Of a stretch of DNA of 64,000 bases, positions 1-9,410 are shown piece after piece (the first letter of the stretch is position 1; every line of letters starts with the position of its first letter). The notes beneath the pieces were generated by a model. It was given only the letters and a program-made list of their open reading frames with translations. It searched no databases and was not told the DNA's origin. The position numbers and the translations under genes were made by a program. The stretch comes from an uncultured delta proteobacterium (GTDB lineage: Bacteria > Desulfobacterota > Desulfobaccia > Desulfobaccales > 0-14-0-80-60-11): the NCBI GenBank assembly GCA_963701845.1, contig CAVPBF010000006.1, positions 477,084 through 541,083 of the forward strand, written 5' to 3'.

Positions 1-129
1 CAGGACCAGCAGCAAAGCGCCGCCGCCGATCAGGGCCAGGCGCCGCTGCTGGGGATTCAGCCGCTCAAACTGCCGGCTCGAATCACTTAAAATCTGCTTT
101 AATCTTAAAATGTTCTTGTTTGGTGGCAT
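1..129 (-). CDS. GspM/PilO-like type II secretion protein, N-terminal part only (runs off window start)
   Basis: ATG at 127-129 overlaps the gspL 3' end. Translation MPPNKNILRLKQILSDSSRQFERLNPQQRRLALIGGGALLLVL ends in a hydrophobic anchor. Position directly after gspL. Confidence 0.35.
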   Translation of the reverse strand, partial: MPPNKNILRLKQILSDSSRQFERLNPQQRRLALIGGGALLLVL

Positions 130-1498
130 CGGTCACTATAGGTGAAGCGAATTCGGTATTGGTCAACCAGCCGGATTTCTCCAACCGGGGGATTAAATCG
201 GAAGCCGATTTGGATATCCCACTGATATCCAGGCTCTGCCTGCTGAGGCGCAGATTGAAAAGCCAGGTGTTGTCGGGGATTAGCTCGGTCAGGTCTTTCA
301 GAACCCTGAGCTTATCGGGAGTGCTGCCCATCTTGCGGAAGTTTTCCATCTGCTTGGCCAGGGTCCGGCTCTCCTCCAACTGGCGCTCGACGCCCCGCGC
401 CTCAGGCTCCAACTTGGCCAGTTGGCTGTTCATCTGATAGAGCACCACGCGTTCGTGGATAAAGCCGCTACCGGCCCAGAGGCAGCAAAGGCCCAGAAAG
501 ACCAGGAGCATCAGGGTATTGAAGTTAAAGCGGCCCAGGTGCACCATGGCCCGCTCCGAGACCGGCAGCAGGTTGCCCAGCAGGGAGACCTTGCCCAGGC
601 TCCTCAGGGCGGCCCCCACTGCGGCCAGGGCCCCTTCCTGCTCCGTTTCCGGCGGCAGGTTTTGGATTGCCAAGTGGCTGGGGTAGACCAGATTCAGGTT
701 TTGGGACTCGCTCAAGGCGGTGGCCTGGAACCCCGAACCGCTCTGTCCATACAGGCAAATGGCCTTAAACTGGTGTCCCGCGGCCCTGAGGCGCTCGATT
801 TCGCCACCCAGAAGCCGGTTGAGATCGGCTCCGGGGGAGGTGCGCCCCTGGCGGAAGGCCCGGATGGTCTGGCCCTGGATGTGGGCCAACTCGAAGGCCC
901 CCGACTCCAGGTGCAGCAGCAACCAGGAAGGCGGCAGTTTGGCGGCCAATTGGGAGAAGGCGGTGGCCACCGCGGCGGGACCCAACTCCACGGCCATGGG
1001 CCGCAATCCGGCCTGGGACAGGAGGTTGAGGCTGCCGTCCACCGCTTCCCGGGGCAGGGCCATCAACATAATGTGGATCTCGGTATCCGTCTCTCCCAGG
1101 ATTTGATAATCGTAATAGAGGCGCTCGGCCGGCAGAGGCAGAAACCGGTCCAGTTCGTAGGTCACCACCTGGGGCAGGTTCTCGGCCGCGGCCCGAGGCA
1201 GGGCCGCCGGACGCAGGAAACCCAGGTCCCGGCTCACCGCCAGGCTTACCGGGCAACCTTCCAGCCCCCATTGGACCACAGCATCCTTGAGCCGCGTCGC
1301 CAGGGCCTCGGCTTCGCCCTGCCGCTCCAGCCGCAGGATATGCTGCACCTGGAAGCCTTTGAGGCCCTTTTCCACCTGGGCCAGGGTCAGGGCGGACTCA
1401 TCCAGATAAACCCCCAGGCCCTCGGCGCCGGTCAGAACGGCGGAGGAGAAACTCTGCCACAGGTCGCTAAAGTTGAAGCTCAATTTCATAACTTCCAT
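83..1498 (-). CDS. gspL: type II secretion assembly protein GspL-like (PilM/PilN-like fusion)
   Basis: 471 aa ORF between gspK and the gspM-like gene. Cytoplasmic actin-like N-part, one TM segment (LMLLVFLGLCCLWAGSGF), then a PilN-like C-part. Confidence 0.6.
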   Translation of the reverse strand: MEVMKLSFNFSDLWQSFSSAVLTGAEGLGVYLDESALTLAQVEKGLKGFQVQHILRLERQGEAEALATRLKDAVVQWGLEGCPVSLAVSRDLGFLRPAALPRAAAENLPQVVTYELDRFLPLPAERLYYDYQILGETDTEIHIMLMALPREAVDGSLNLLSQAGLRPMAVELGPAAVATAFSQLAAKLPPSWLLLHLESGAFELAHIQGQTIRAFRQGRTSPGADLNRLLGGEIERLRAAGHQFKAICLYGQSGSGFQATALSESQNLNLVYPSHLAIQNLPPETEQEGALAAVGAALRSLGKVSLLGNLLPVSERAMVHLGRFNFNTLMLLVFLGLCCLWAGSGFIHERVVLYQMNSQLAKLEPEARGVERQLEESRTLAKQMENFRKMGSTPDKLRVLKDLTELIPDNTWLFNLRLSRQSLDISGISKSASDLIPRLEKSGWLTNTEFASPIVTDATKQEHFKIKADFK

Positions 1499-1515
1499 CC
1501 ACCCGGAATCCGGCC

Positions 1516-2508
1516 TTATCCGGGGAAATCATCCACCCAAGAGAGGATTTGCCAGGCACTTTGCAAAGACGAGTCTATCCGCACTATGGCCTTGACGGTT
1601 TGCCTCCCGCCCTTCTTATTTACCATACCCGTTGACTTAATTGTAAAAAAAGGTGATGTCGCAAAGGTCACCGGCTGGAACTGGCCCGGCTGAGCGGCCA
1701 CACCCAATGGCGCGATATCCTGGAAATTGCGAAAGAGCTGGTGCCGTCTGGTCATGATGATGTTCTGGGCCACCTCCGGGGGAAACCCCCTGGTCAATAA
1801 GACTGCCATAGGTGCGGTGTTGATATTGACTCCCTGGCCGACACCCTGGACGGTCAGCCACTCGCTGAGGCGGGGCAGTATGGAGCTGTTCTCGAAGCCT
1901 CGCACCCAGCCCAGCTCTTCCACCGCTTCCAGGGGCCCGTTCCGGGCCACGTAAGGTGGGTCCAAACCCAGGTAATAACTGCTCTTGGCTCCGTAGGGGC
2001 GGGGTTGATCCCCGTCGCTGCGCCAGTCCAGGATGGAGTCCACCATGGTGCGAACTTTCTCCGGGGGAAACTCCAAGGCCGTGAAGAGGCCGGTCAGATT
2101 TTCTTCGCTGGCCTGGTTGATATTGAGCTTGCCGCCCTCATCTTCCACCCGCACCTGCACCGTGCCCCCGGGCATTTGGATCAGGTGAGACTCCTGGCTC
2201 CCCCGCCAGGCGGCCGCCAGGTTGGCCGCGGCCTCCGCGGAACCGCTCGAGGTGGTCAGGCTGGACTCCAGGATTTTGGCCTCCAAGAGTTTGCCCATGG
2301 CGTAATAGACTCCGCCCTCCGCCAGGCGACGGCACTGGCTGGCTTCCCGGAAGTTGGCGGCGAGCAGCAGCTCAGTGCGCCATTCCTGGGCCCAGCTCAA
2401 CACCATGACACTAATGAGGGTCAGGATCATGAGCACCAGCAGCAGCACCACGCCCTGCTCATCCCGGGGGCCGCGCCGGCTCCTATTTGATCTTAAATTC
2501 CGCCACAT
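1516..2508 (-). CDS. gspK: type II secretion minor pseudopilin GspK
   Basis: 330 aa with N-terminal hydrophobic segment GVVLLLVLMILTLISVMVL. GspK-like body (NINTAP motif, helix-hairpin-helix-like region). Sits after gspJ. Confidence 0.7.
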   Translation of the reverse strand: MWRNLRSNRSRRGPRDEQGVVLLLVLMILTLISVMVLSWAQEWRTELLLAANFREASQCRRLAEGGVYYAMGKLLEAKILESSLTTSSGSAEAAANLAAAWRGSQESHLIQMPGGTVQVRVEDEGGKLNINQASEENLTGLFTALEFPPEKVRTMVDSILDWRSDGDQPRPYGAKSSYYLGLDPPYVARNGPLEAVEELGWVRGFENSSILPRLSEWLTVQGVGQGVNINTAPMAVLLTRGFPPEVAQNIIMTRRHQLFRNFQDIAPLGVAAQPGQFQPVTFATSPFFTIKSTGMVNKKGGRQTVKAIVRIDSSLQSAWQILSWVDDFPG

Positions 2509-3082
2509 GAATGGGGATTTCCACTTCGAGGGGCGGCTGGCCGTTCAGGGTCAGGGAGACCTTGACCCAAGCCGGCAAGGCACCGACCTTTTTGCCGTCC
2601 CAGGTTTCGTATTCATCATTGCCAGTTCCGTAGGTAAAGTGCAGATCGGTCACATCTCTCAGGATGATCTGGCGGATCTCAACTCCCTCGGGGTCCCGGT
2701 ACCAGTTGACGTTTTTGGTCTGTTCCACCGCCAGGACGCCGTGGTGGGCCTCATCCTCCCCCAGGAGCAGCCGCCAATGGTAAACGCCCCCCAGATTGTG
2801 GGCCTCCAGGGGCACCAGGGTGAAAAACCGCATCTGGCGGCGCTCGCCGATAAAATAGACCGGGTTGCCCAAAGTCCCCAGAACCGCGGAGGTCAGGGAG
2901 CGCTCCAGGATGGCCACGCCCACCCGCTGTTCCTGCAGCCGCTCCGCCGCCACCCGGCCCCGGCCCAACGCCTTCAGGCTCAGGTTAAGGGAGCCGTAGG
3001 CCACCAGGGAGAGGAGGCTGGTCAGGGCCAGGGCGATCATCAGCTCCAGCAAAGTGAAACCGGTTTGTCCGTGGGAACTCAT
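2483..3082 (-). CDS. gspJ: type II secretion minor pseudopilin GspJ
   Basis: Prepilin-type N-terminus MSSHGQTGFTLLELMIALAL. Start chosen at the internal ATG (3080-3082), which forms an ATGA overlap with the gspI stop. Confidence 0.6.
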   Translation of the reverse strand: MSSHGQTGFTLLELMIALALTSLLSLVAYGSLNLSLKALGRGRVAAERLQEQRVGVAILERSLTSAVLGTLGNPVYFIGERRQMRFFTLVPLEAHNLGGVYHWRLLLGEDEAHHGVLAVEQTKNVNWYRDPEGVEIRQIILRDVTDLHFTYGTGNDEYETWDGKKVGALPAWVKVSLTLNGQPPLEVEIPIHVAEFKIK

Positions 3083-3522
3083 CACTTGCTCTGCCGGGAG
3101 GCGGCGCGGATAGTTTCCAGGGACACGGACGGGGTCCGGCGCCGCTCCTTCCAGGATACCGTCACCTGGATCAGGGAGCACCTGACCAGGCTATTGGGCG
3201 CGGCCACTTCGTATTGGGGGGTGACCTTCACCTGGTAGCTGTAAGCCCCGTCCTGACCCGAGTATTGTCTGGCGGACAGGTCCATGGCGTTGCAGCCATC
3301 TTGCAGCACCCTATTCGCCGTCTGCAGGGCTCGGGCGTGTCCCAGGGCGGTCTCCTGAGCCATCATGGCGCCGCTGAGTACATGGAGAAGCACCACCAGC
3401 ACCAGCCCCATGATGGCGGTGGCTACCATCACCTCCAGAAGGGTGAATCCCTGACAATTGGCCTCCCGCCGCGGGGGCGCAGAAGCATCCCCCTTTTTAA
3501 AAAGGCGGTTGGGGGGATGCAT
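3082..3522 (-). CDS. gspI: type II secretion minor pseudopilin GspI
   Basis: Prepilin motif QGFTLLEVMVATAIMGLV. Start uncertain: the ORF extends to 3612 through a REP-like GGF-encoding hairpin. Confidence 0.55.
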   Translation of the reverse strand: MHPPNRLFKKGDASAPPRREANCQGFTLLEVMVATAIMGLVLVVLLHVLSGAMMAQETALGHARALQTANRVLQDGCNAMDLSARQYSGQDGAYSYQVKVTPQYEVAAPNSLVRCSLIQVTVSWKERRRTPSVSLETIRAASRQSK

Positions 3523-3630
3523 AAATAAGCCTTTCAGAATCCCCACAAATCCCCCTTTAGACCAGGGGGACTTTAAAAATCTCTCAAAAAACCGCGGTGG
3601 AATAGTTGTCATGCCATTGCACCAAACAGG

Positions 3631-4143
3631 CTAAGCCTGTCCCTCTGCGATCTTGAGGGTAACCTTGCCGGTAATGATTTCCACCTCCAGGTTATAGACG
3701 CGGCCGGTGGGGTCGGTCATCGTCAGCTTGCCGCCGCTGGAGGTGCCGTCGGGGTAGAAGGCAATATACCCCTGGCGCCGGTCCGTTCCCTTCCAGACCA
3801 GGCGGACATCCCCCAGGCGCATCCCGGCCAGGACCCCCTGGCGGTTAGAGCCCTCCAGCCAGTAGCGCCCGTTTCCCTTATCCAGGAAGACCCGCACCCG
3901 CTGATGGTTGGTGGCCGCCTGGCTGCGGGCCAGCCTCAAGACCGTGGTAAATTGACGTAAGTTGCTTCGGTCCTGCTCTTTTTTGACGGCGCGTAGCAGG
4001 CCAGGCAGCACCAGGCCCAGGAGCAGGGCCAGGAGGGCCATGACCACCACCAACTCCAGGAGGGTGAAGCCGCCTTCCCCCCAGGGAACGGTCTTTCCGA
4101 CCCGGGTGGGAGCGAGACGATGCCTGAACAAATGCGAATTCAT
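3631..4143 (-). CDS. gspH: type II secretion minor pseudopilin GspH
   Basis: Prepilin motif GGFTLLELVVVMALLALL. Start set at MNSHLF (4141-4143) to avoid a 92 nt overlap with gspG. Confidence 0.55.
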   Translation of the reverse strand: MNSHLFRHRLAPTRVGKTVPWGEGGFTLLELVVVMALLALLLGLVLPGLLRAVKKEQDRSNLRQFTTVLRLARSQAATNHQRVRVFLDKGNGRYWLEGSNRQGVLAGMRLGDVRLVWKGTDRRQGYIAFYPDGTSSGGKLTMTDPTGRVYNLEVEIITGKVTLKIAEGQA

Positions 4144-4165
4144 CCTTGCTTCACAGAGGTCCTGA

Positions 4166-4594
4166 TTACTCGGTTTGCCAGTTGGTGATGGCGATGTTGT
4201 CGCCTTCTCCGCCGAGTTGACCGGTGGCCCCGAAGGAGAACAGGTCATAGGGCCCATGTTCGCCAGGGCACTTATAGACGTACTCCCGGCCCCAGGGGTC
4301 CTTGGGCGCCGGCTTGTCCAGGTAAGGCCCGCTCCAGGACGACAGGCTCTCGGGCTTAGAGTACAGGACCTTGAGCCCCTCTTCGTCCGTGGGATAGCGA
4401 CCCACGTCCAGGTGGAACAGGTCCAGGGCCGTGGCCAGCATCTGGATCTGGGTCTGGGCCGTCTTGACCTTGGCCTTGGCCACCCGCCCCATGAGGCGGG
4501 GAGCCACCAACATAGCCAGCAGGCCCAGGATGAACAGGACGACCATCAATTCGATAAGGGTGAAACCTGCCTGTCGCGGCGATTTATCTTTCAA
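4166..4594 (-). CDS. gspG: type II secretion major pseudopilin GspG
   Basis: 142 aa. N-terminus GFTLIELMVVLFILGLLA followed by the conserved GspG core (QIQMLATALDLFHLDVGRYPT, DPWGREYVY). Confidence 0.9.
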   Translation of the reverse strand: MKDKSPRQAGFTLIELMVVLFILGLLAMLVAPRLMGRVAKAKVKTAQTQIQMLATALDLFHLDVGRYPTDEEGLKVLYSKPESLSSWSGPYLDKPAPKDPWGREYVYKCPGEHGPYDLFSFGATGQLGGEGDNIAITNWQTE

Positions 4595-4643
4595 AGCTGC
4601 TGCACCTCCTAGAAAACCGTTTCCCGTTACGCGCTAGCCCTGA

Positions 4644-5858
4644 TCAAAATTGAATCTCATAGAGGTTCAGGATGGGCAGCATCAAGGAGACAATGAAAAA
4701 GGCCACCAATACCGCGGTGCCCAGGATTAACACCGGCTCCAGCAGGGCCATCAGCCGCTGCACCGCGGTCCGGGCGTCGTTTTCCAGGGATAGGGCCGCG
4801 GACAGCAGCATGTCTGCCAGATTGCCGGTCTCTTCGCCGATGGCGACCATTTGCAGGAACAACTCCGGGAACATTCCCACTTTTTTCAATAAGACCGAAA
4901 GCTGCTGCCCTTTTTCCACGTTGGCCAGCACCCCGGAAAGAGAACGGGCCATAAAGCGATTGGCCACGGAATTGATCACCACCTTGAGGGAGGTGACCAT
5001 AGGGACCCCATTGTTGAGCAGGGTGCCCAAGGTTTTGGCGAAAAAGGCGGCGGCTACCCGCCGGCTCAAATCTCCTACGAAGGGCGCGGTCATTTTGAAG
5101 CGGTCCAGGGCCATCTGGCCCTGGGGGCTCCGGGCCAGGCGCGAGACGATCATGACCGCCAGGGCCGTCAGCAGCCCCGCCGCCCACCAGTAGGAACGGA
5201 AGGCGTGGCTCAGGGCCAGCAAGAATTGGGTGCTCCAATAGAGGTTCGGCCCCATTTGCTTGAAAAAATCCTCGAAGCTCGGCACCACGAAAAGGAGCAT
5301 GAGGGTGAGAAGGAGGCAAGCCACTACCACCAGGATGACGGGATAGATCAAGGCCGAGATGAGATAACTGCGAAAATCGCTCACCGTCTTGAGATAATCC
5401 CCCAGCCGCTCCAGGGCATCGTCCAGGAAGCCGCCGGTTTCACCGGCCGCGACCAGGCTGACGTAGAGCGACGAGAAGACCCGGTGCCGAGCCAGGGAGT
5501 CGGACAAGGATTTGCCCCCTTGCAGGTCCCGGTGCACCTGGGCCAGGATCTCCTTCATGGAGGACCGGCTGGTCACTTCCTGGAGGGCCAGCAGGCTGCG
5601 ATCGAGGGGGAGCCCCGCCTTCAGGAGGGCTCCCAGTTCCTGGGTAAAGTGCACCACTTCCTTGAGAGGCACCCGGGGGCCGCGGCTGCGCCCCAGGCCG
5701 CCTTTCCGGCCCGCGGTCTCTTCTTTACGGCTGATGCGCAGGGGGATAAGGCCGCCTTGTTGGAGGTGCTGCACCACCAGGCGTTCCTCCCGGGCCTCCA
5801 GGGTGCCGGTGACCACGTTGCCGCCCGGGTCACTAGCCCGGTAATGATAAAGGGGCAT
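4644..5858 (-). CDS. gspF: type II secretion inner-membrane platform protein GspF
   Basis: 404 aa with two GspF/PilC repeats and three TM segments. Typical C-terminus LMLPILNLYEIQF. Confidence 0.9.
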   Translation of the reverse strand: MPLYHYRASDPGGNVVTGTLEAREERLVVQHLQQGGLIPLRISRKEETAGRKGGLGRSRGPRVPLKEVVHFTQELGALLKAGLPLDRSLLALQEVTSRSSMKEILAQVHRDLQGGKSLSDSLARHRVFSSLYVSLVAAGETGGFLDDALERLGDYLKTVSDFRSYLISALIYPVILVVVACLLLTLMLLFVVPSFEDFFKQMGPNLYWSTQFLLALSHAFRSYWWAAGLLTALAVMIVSRLARSPQGQMALDRFKMTAPFVGDLSRRVAAAFFAKTLGTLLNNGVPMVTSLKVVINSVANRFMARSLSGVLANVEKGQQLSVLLKKVGMFPELFLQMVAIGEETGNLADMLLSAALSLENDARTAVQRLMALLEPVLILGTAVLVAFFIVSLMLPILNLYEIQF

Positions 5859-6005
5859 ATCTTTAAATACCGTTTTCGGTTTTCAGTTTTCGGTTAAAAA
5901 AAATATGAAATGCCATTAAGTTACACCTTAAGCTGATTGCCTTTCAGAGAGAACCAGGATAACGGCGGCCACGGGCCGCCCTATGAAACTGACCACTGAC
6001 AATTT

Positions 6006-7530
6006 TCATTCCTGGGTCACCCGGAGGACTTCCTGCGTGGTGGTGAGGCCCTGGGCCACCTTGACCCAGCCGTTCTCCGCCATGGTCTGCATCCCTTGAG
6101 ACATGGCGGCTTGGCGGATGGACGCCGCCTCTGCCCTATTCAAGATCAATTGGCGAATGGTCTTGTCCACCAACAAAAGTTCGTAGATGCCGGTGCGGCC
6201 CTGGTAGCCGGTATGAGCGCAGGCGGGGCAGCCCTGGCCCACGAACAATTGGACCGGTTCCTGGGTCGGCAGGCCGTTCGGCGCATTTTTAGCCAATTCC
6301 AGCTTGGCTGCTTCCGGCGGCAAGGGCACGCGGCATTCAGGGCAAATGACGCGCACCAGCCGCTGAGCCAGGATGCCGATAATCGCTGAAGCCAGCAGAA
6401 AGTCCTCAACGCCCATCTCTAACAGACGGGAGATGGCTCCGGCCGCGTCGTTGGTGTGCAGGGTGCTGAAGACCAGGTGGCCGGTGAGGGCGGCGTGCAC
6501 CGCAATTTCGGCGGTTTCCCGGTCCCGGATCTCGCCCACCAGCACCACGTCCGGGTCCTGGCGGACGATATGGCGCAGGGCCCGGGCAAAGGTAAGGCCG
6601 ATACCGGCCTTCACCTGCATCTGGGTGACCCCGGCCAGGCGGTACTCCACCGGGTCCTCGATGGTGATGATCTTCTTGTCCGGCGAATTGATGATTTCCA
6701 GGGCGCCATACAAGGTAGTGGTCTTGCCGCTGCCGGTGGGCCCGGTGACCAGAAGCATGCCGTAGGGCTTGTGAATCAGCCCGTCGAACTGTTTCAGTTC
6801 CCGGGCTGGGAAACCCAGGCGATTCAGGTCCAGAATAACCTTTTCCCGATCCAGGATACGGATAACCATGCTCTCCCCCAACAAGCGTGGGAAGGGTGGA
6901 GACCCGGAAATCGATATCGTGGCCCTGGACCTTGAGGCGGAAGCGGCCGTCCTGGGGCAGCCGCCGTTCGGCGATGTCCAGACGGGACATGATTTTCAGG
7001 CGAGAGAGGACCGCAGCCTGCAGCCCTTTGGGGGGTGATTCGGCCTCGTAGAGGAGGCCGTCTTTGCGGTAGCGTACCCGGAAGGAGTCTTCGTAGGGCT
7101 CCAGGTGGATGTCACTGGCCCCCATCTGAATAGCCCGGAGCACCAGGAGATTGACTAACTGGATGATGGGCGCCTCCCGGGCCATATCCCGGAGATGGCC
7201 GATTTCGGAGGTCTCCTCCGAGGCCAGGTCCATGTCCTCCGGCTCCAGGTCGCCCACCAGCCGGGACATGGCGCTCCCCGGCCGGTAAACCGTATCGATG
7301 TATTCCAGGATTTCTTCTTCGGCGGCGGGTACGGCTGCTACCTTGGCGCCCAAGGCCACCTCCAGGGCTTGAAAGGCGTCCTGATCATCGGGGTCGGCCA
7401 TGGCCGTAACGACCTGCCCGTCTTCCCGTTTCAGGGGCAGACAGCGGTTTTCCTTTAAGAAGCGGATAGAGAGGCCCTCGAAGGGTTCGATGGGTCCCCA
7501 ATCCTTCAGACTGGCAGGATGAATATCCAT
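6006..7530 (-). pseudogene. gspE: type II secretion ATPase GspE, reading frame broken once
   Basis: N-part ORF 6406-7530 and C-part ORF 6006-6884 (Walker A GPTGSGKTT) join at RVSTLPTL / GESMVIRILD. Removing one G from the G5 run (C5 at 6875-6879 on the plus strand) restores a single frame. Confidence 0.9.
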
Positions 7531-7579
7531 AAGTCATGATCCTTTGGGTCCGGTCGCCGGCTGCGTTTTACCGGGAAAA

Positions 7580-7969
7580 TCATTCCCGCTGCCCCGGTGC
7601 GCCGTGAGCGGGAGGGACGGCGGGGGCCGGTTGAGCCTCCCCGCCGCTCCCCGGAGCCGGCGGCGGGGCTTCGTGGCCAGATATTTCCGGGGGCTCCGTC
7701 GGAGGCGGCATTAACTTCGGCGGAGGGACCGGTCCTCGGGGCGTGGCTGGTGGAACTATCTGGGGGGGCGGCGTCCCTATTGGGGCTGGCGCCTGGACCC
7801 CGCCGGGCTTGCCGGGCTCTGCCGGCGCTTCATTGGAGATATGCAGGGTCCCCTCTTGGTCGGTGAAGCGCGCGACCTTGGCGCTTATCCCGGGTGGGCT
7901 CCAAAGGAAAACCACAATGAGAGTGAAGACTGGAATCCATCTCATGTCAACCGGTGCTCCCTGCTGCAT
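7580..7969 (-). CDS. secreted proline-rich protein, DUF4124-like N-terminal motif
   Basis: Signal-like MRWIPVFTLIVVFLWSPPGISA, then ARFTDQEGTLHISN, then a Pro-rich tail. Family assignment is from memory of the motif only. Confidence 0.4.
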   Translation of the reverse strand: MQQGAPVDMRWIPVFTLIVVFLWSPPGISAKVARFTDQEGTLHISNEAPAEPGKPGGVQAPAPIGTPPPQIVPPATPRGPVPPPKLMPPPTEPPEISGHEAPPPAPGSGGEAQPAPAVPPAHGAPGQRE

Positions 7970-8136
7970 CGTTTCCCTGGCCTGGGGCCATTTTTGTTCA
8001 ACAGTTTTAATAATTAATTTTAATTATAGATAATCCAAAAGGCAAGGAAAGGAGTGCGGCCCAATCCTCAGGTAATTTATACGCTATTAAGTATAGCAAT
8101 GAAAGGGGGAAGGTAGGTTCTGGGGGACGCCGCCGC

Positions 8137-8174
8137 AGGAGGAAGGAAACTGCTGACCCTCCCTCCTGATTTTT
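8137..8174 (+). terminator. hairpin plus T-run, terminator-like on the plus strand
   Basis: AGGAGGAAGG (8137-8146) pairs with CCTCCCTCCT (8058... read as 8158-8167) in 9 of 10 positions, followed by GATTTTT. No annotated plus-strand gene lies upstream. Confidence 0.3.
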
Positions 8175-8184
8175 CAGGGCAGTT

Positions 8185-9336
8185 TTAGGAGAGAATTTCC
8201 CTCAGGGTGGCGATTACCCGGTCCTGGTCCTCCTCGGTCAGCTCAGGGTAGAGGGGCAGGATGATGCTGCGGTCCTGCAAGAGTTCGCTCACCGGCAGGG
8301 GGTGCCGCCGGGGCAGGTCGCGGTAAGCCGGCTCCCGGTGGGCGCACATCACCCCTCGCCGGGTATGGATGGACCGGGCCAGCAGGGCCTGTATCAGTTC
8401 CACCTGGGACAGGCGGGAGTCGCCGGTTAGAATGATCCAGAAGGATTGCCAGTTGCTGCGGGCGAAGTCCGGCTCCCGGGGCAGGATCAGTCGGGGGTGG
8501 CCGGACAAGCCCTCCCGGTAGCGGGCCACCAGGCGCCGACGGTCCGCCACCAGGCCGGGAAGGCGCTTGAGTTGCTCCCGGCCCACGGCCCCCTGGATGT
8601 CGCTGAGGCGGTAATTGTAGCCCACTTCCAGGTACTGCTCGAACCTCACCTTGGCGGCGCCATGGCGTTCGGCGGTGGACAGGGACATGGCGTGAGTACG
8701 GAGCCGGGCCAGACGGGCCATGACCTCAGGATCGCTCCCCGTGACCATGCCGCCGTCGCCGGTGGTGAGGACCTTGCGGGGATGAAAAGAAAAGGTGGCG
8801 AGCCAGCCCCGGGGCCGGCCGATGGGTTCCCAGAGGCCCTGGTCCAGGCTGATTTCCGAACCGATGGCGCAAGCCGCGTCTTCCACCACGGGCAGATGCT
8901 GTTGGTCAGCCAGGGCCAGAATCCGCCCCAAATCGCAGGGCATCCCCAACTGGTGCACCGCAAGGATGGCCCGAGTGCGAGGGGTGACGGCGGCTTCGAG
9001 TAGGTCCGGATTGAGGTTGCCCGTTTCCAGCTCCACGTCCACGAAGACCGGGGTAGCGCCTACGTAGCGTACGGCGTTGGCCGTGGCGATGAAGGAGGAG
9101 CTGACGGTGATGACTTCGTCGCCAGGCTGCAGGTCCAGGGCCAGCAAGGCCAGGTGCAGAGCGGCGGTGCCGCTGGAGCAGGCCACCGCCAGCGGCGCTC
9201 CCACCAGGGCGGCAAATTCCTTTTCAAAGGCCTCCACCTCCGGCCCCTGGACCACCCAACCGGAGAGGATGGCCCGCCGGGCCGCGGCGGCCTCCTCCTC
9301 CCCCAGGGTCGGCCGGGCTACGGGGATTGGCTGCAT
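8185..9336 (-). CDS. DegT/DnrJ/EryC1/StrS family PLP-dependent sugar aminotransferase
   Basis: 383 aa with family-typical segments (SGWVVQGPEVEAFEKEFA, SFHPRKVLTTGDGGMV). Confidence 0.85.
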   Translation of the reverse strand: MQPIPVARPTLGEEEAAAARRAILSGWVVQGPEVEAFEKEFAALVGAPLAVACSSGTAALHLALLALDLQPGDEVITVSSSFIATANAVRYVGATPVFVDVELETGNLNPDLLEAAVTPRTRAILAVHQLGMPCDLGRILALADQQHLPVVEDAACAIGSEISLDQGLWEPIGRPRGWLATFSFHPRKVLTTGDGGMVTGSDPEVMARLARLRTHAMSLSTAERHGAAKVRFEQYLEVGYNYRLSDIQGAVGREQLKRLPGLVADRRRLVARYREGLSGHPRLILPREPDFARSNWQSFWIILTGDSRLSQVELIQALLARSIHTRRGVMCAHREPAYRDLPRRHPLPVSELLQDRSIILPLYPELTEEDQDRVIATLREILS

Positions 9337-9410
9337 GAATAATCTCCTTGCTTAATTATCGGGGAGGGGACCAGGGGCGGATGGCCCCGGCCCTCCCCTC
9401 ATAAAGGCCT

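Noticed and set aside
422-1693. Long ORFs antisense to annotated genes (for example 422-1693 +, 9525-10922 +, 13260-14147 -, 24268-25848 +, 42494-44908 +, 56567-57805 -).
   Set aside because: These are typical shadow ORFs of GC-rich DNA. Their translations are low-complexity (Gly/Arg/Pro/Ala-rich) and carry no motifs. The opposite strand encodes proteins with clear family signatures.
6875-6879. Programmed ribosomal frameshift in gspE (and in the dsr, ior and CBS genes).
   Set aside because: There are no slippery heptamers or stimulatory structures. The shifts I could resolve are single-base changes in short homopolymers and occur many times per gene, which fits indel error.
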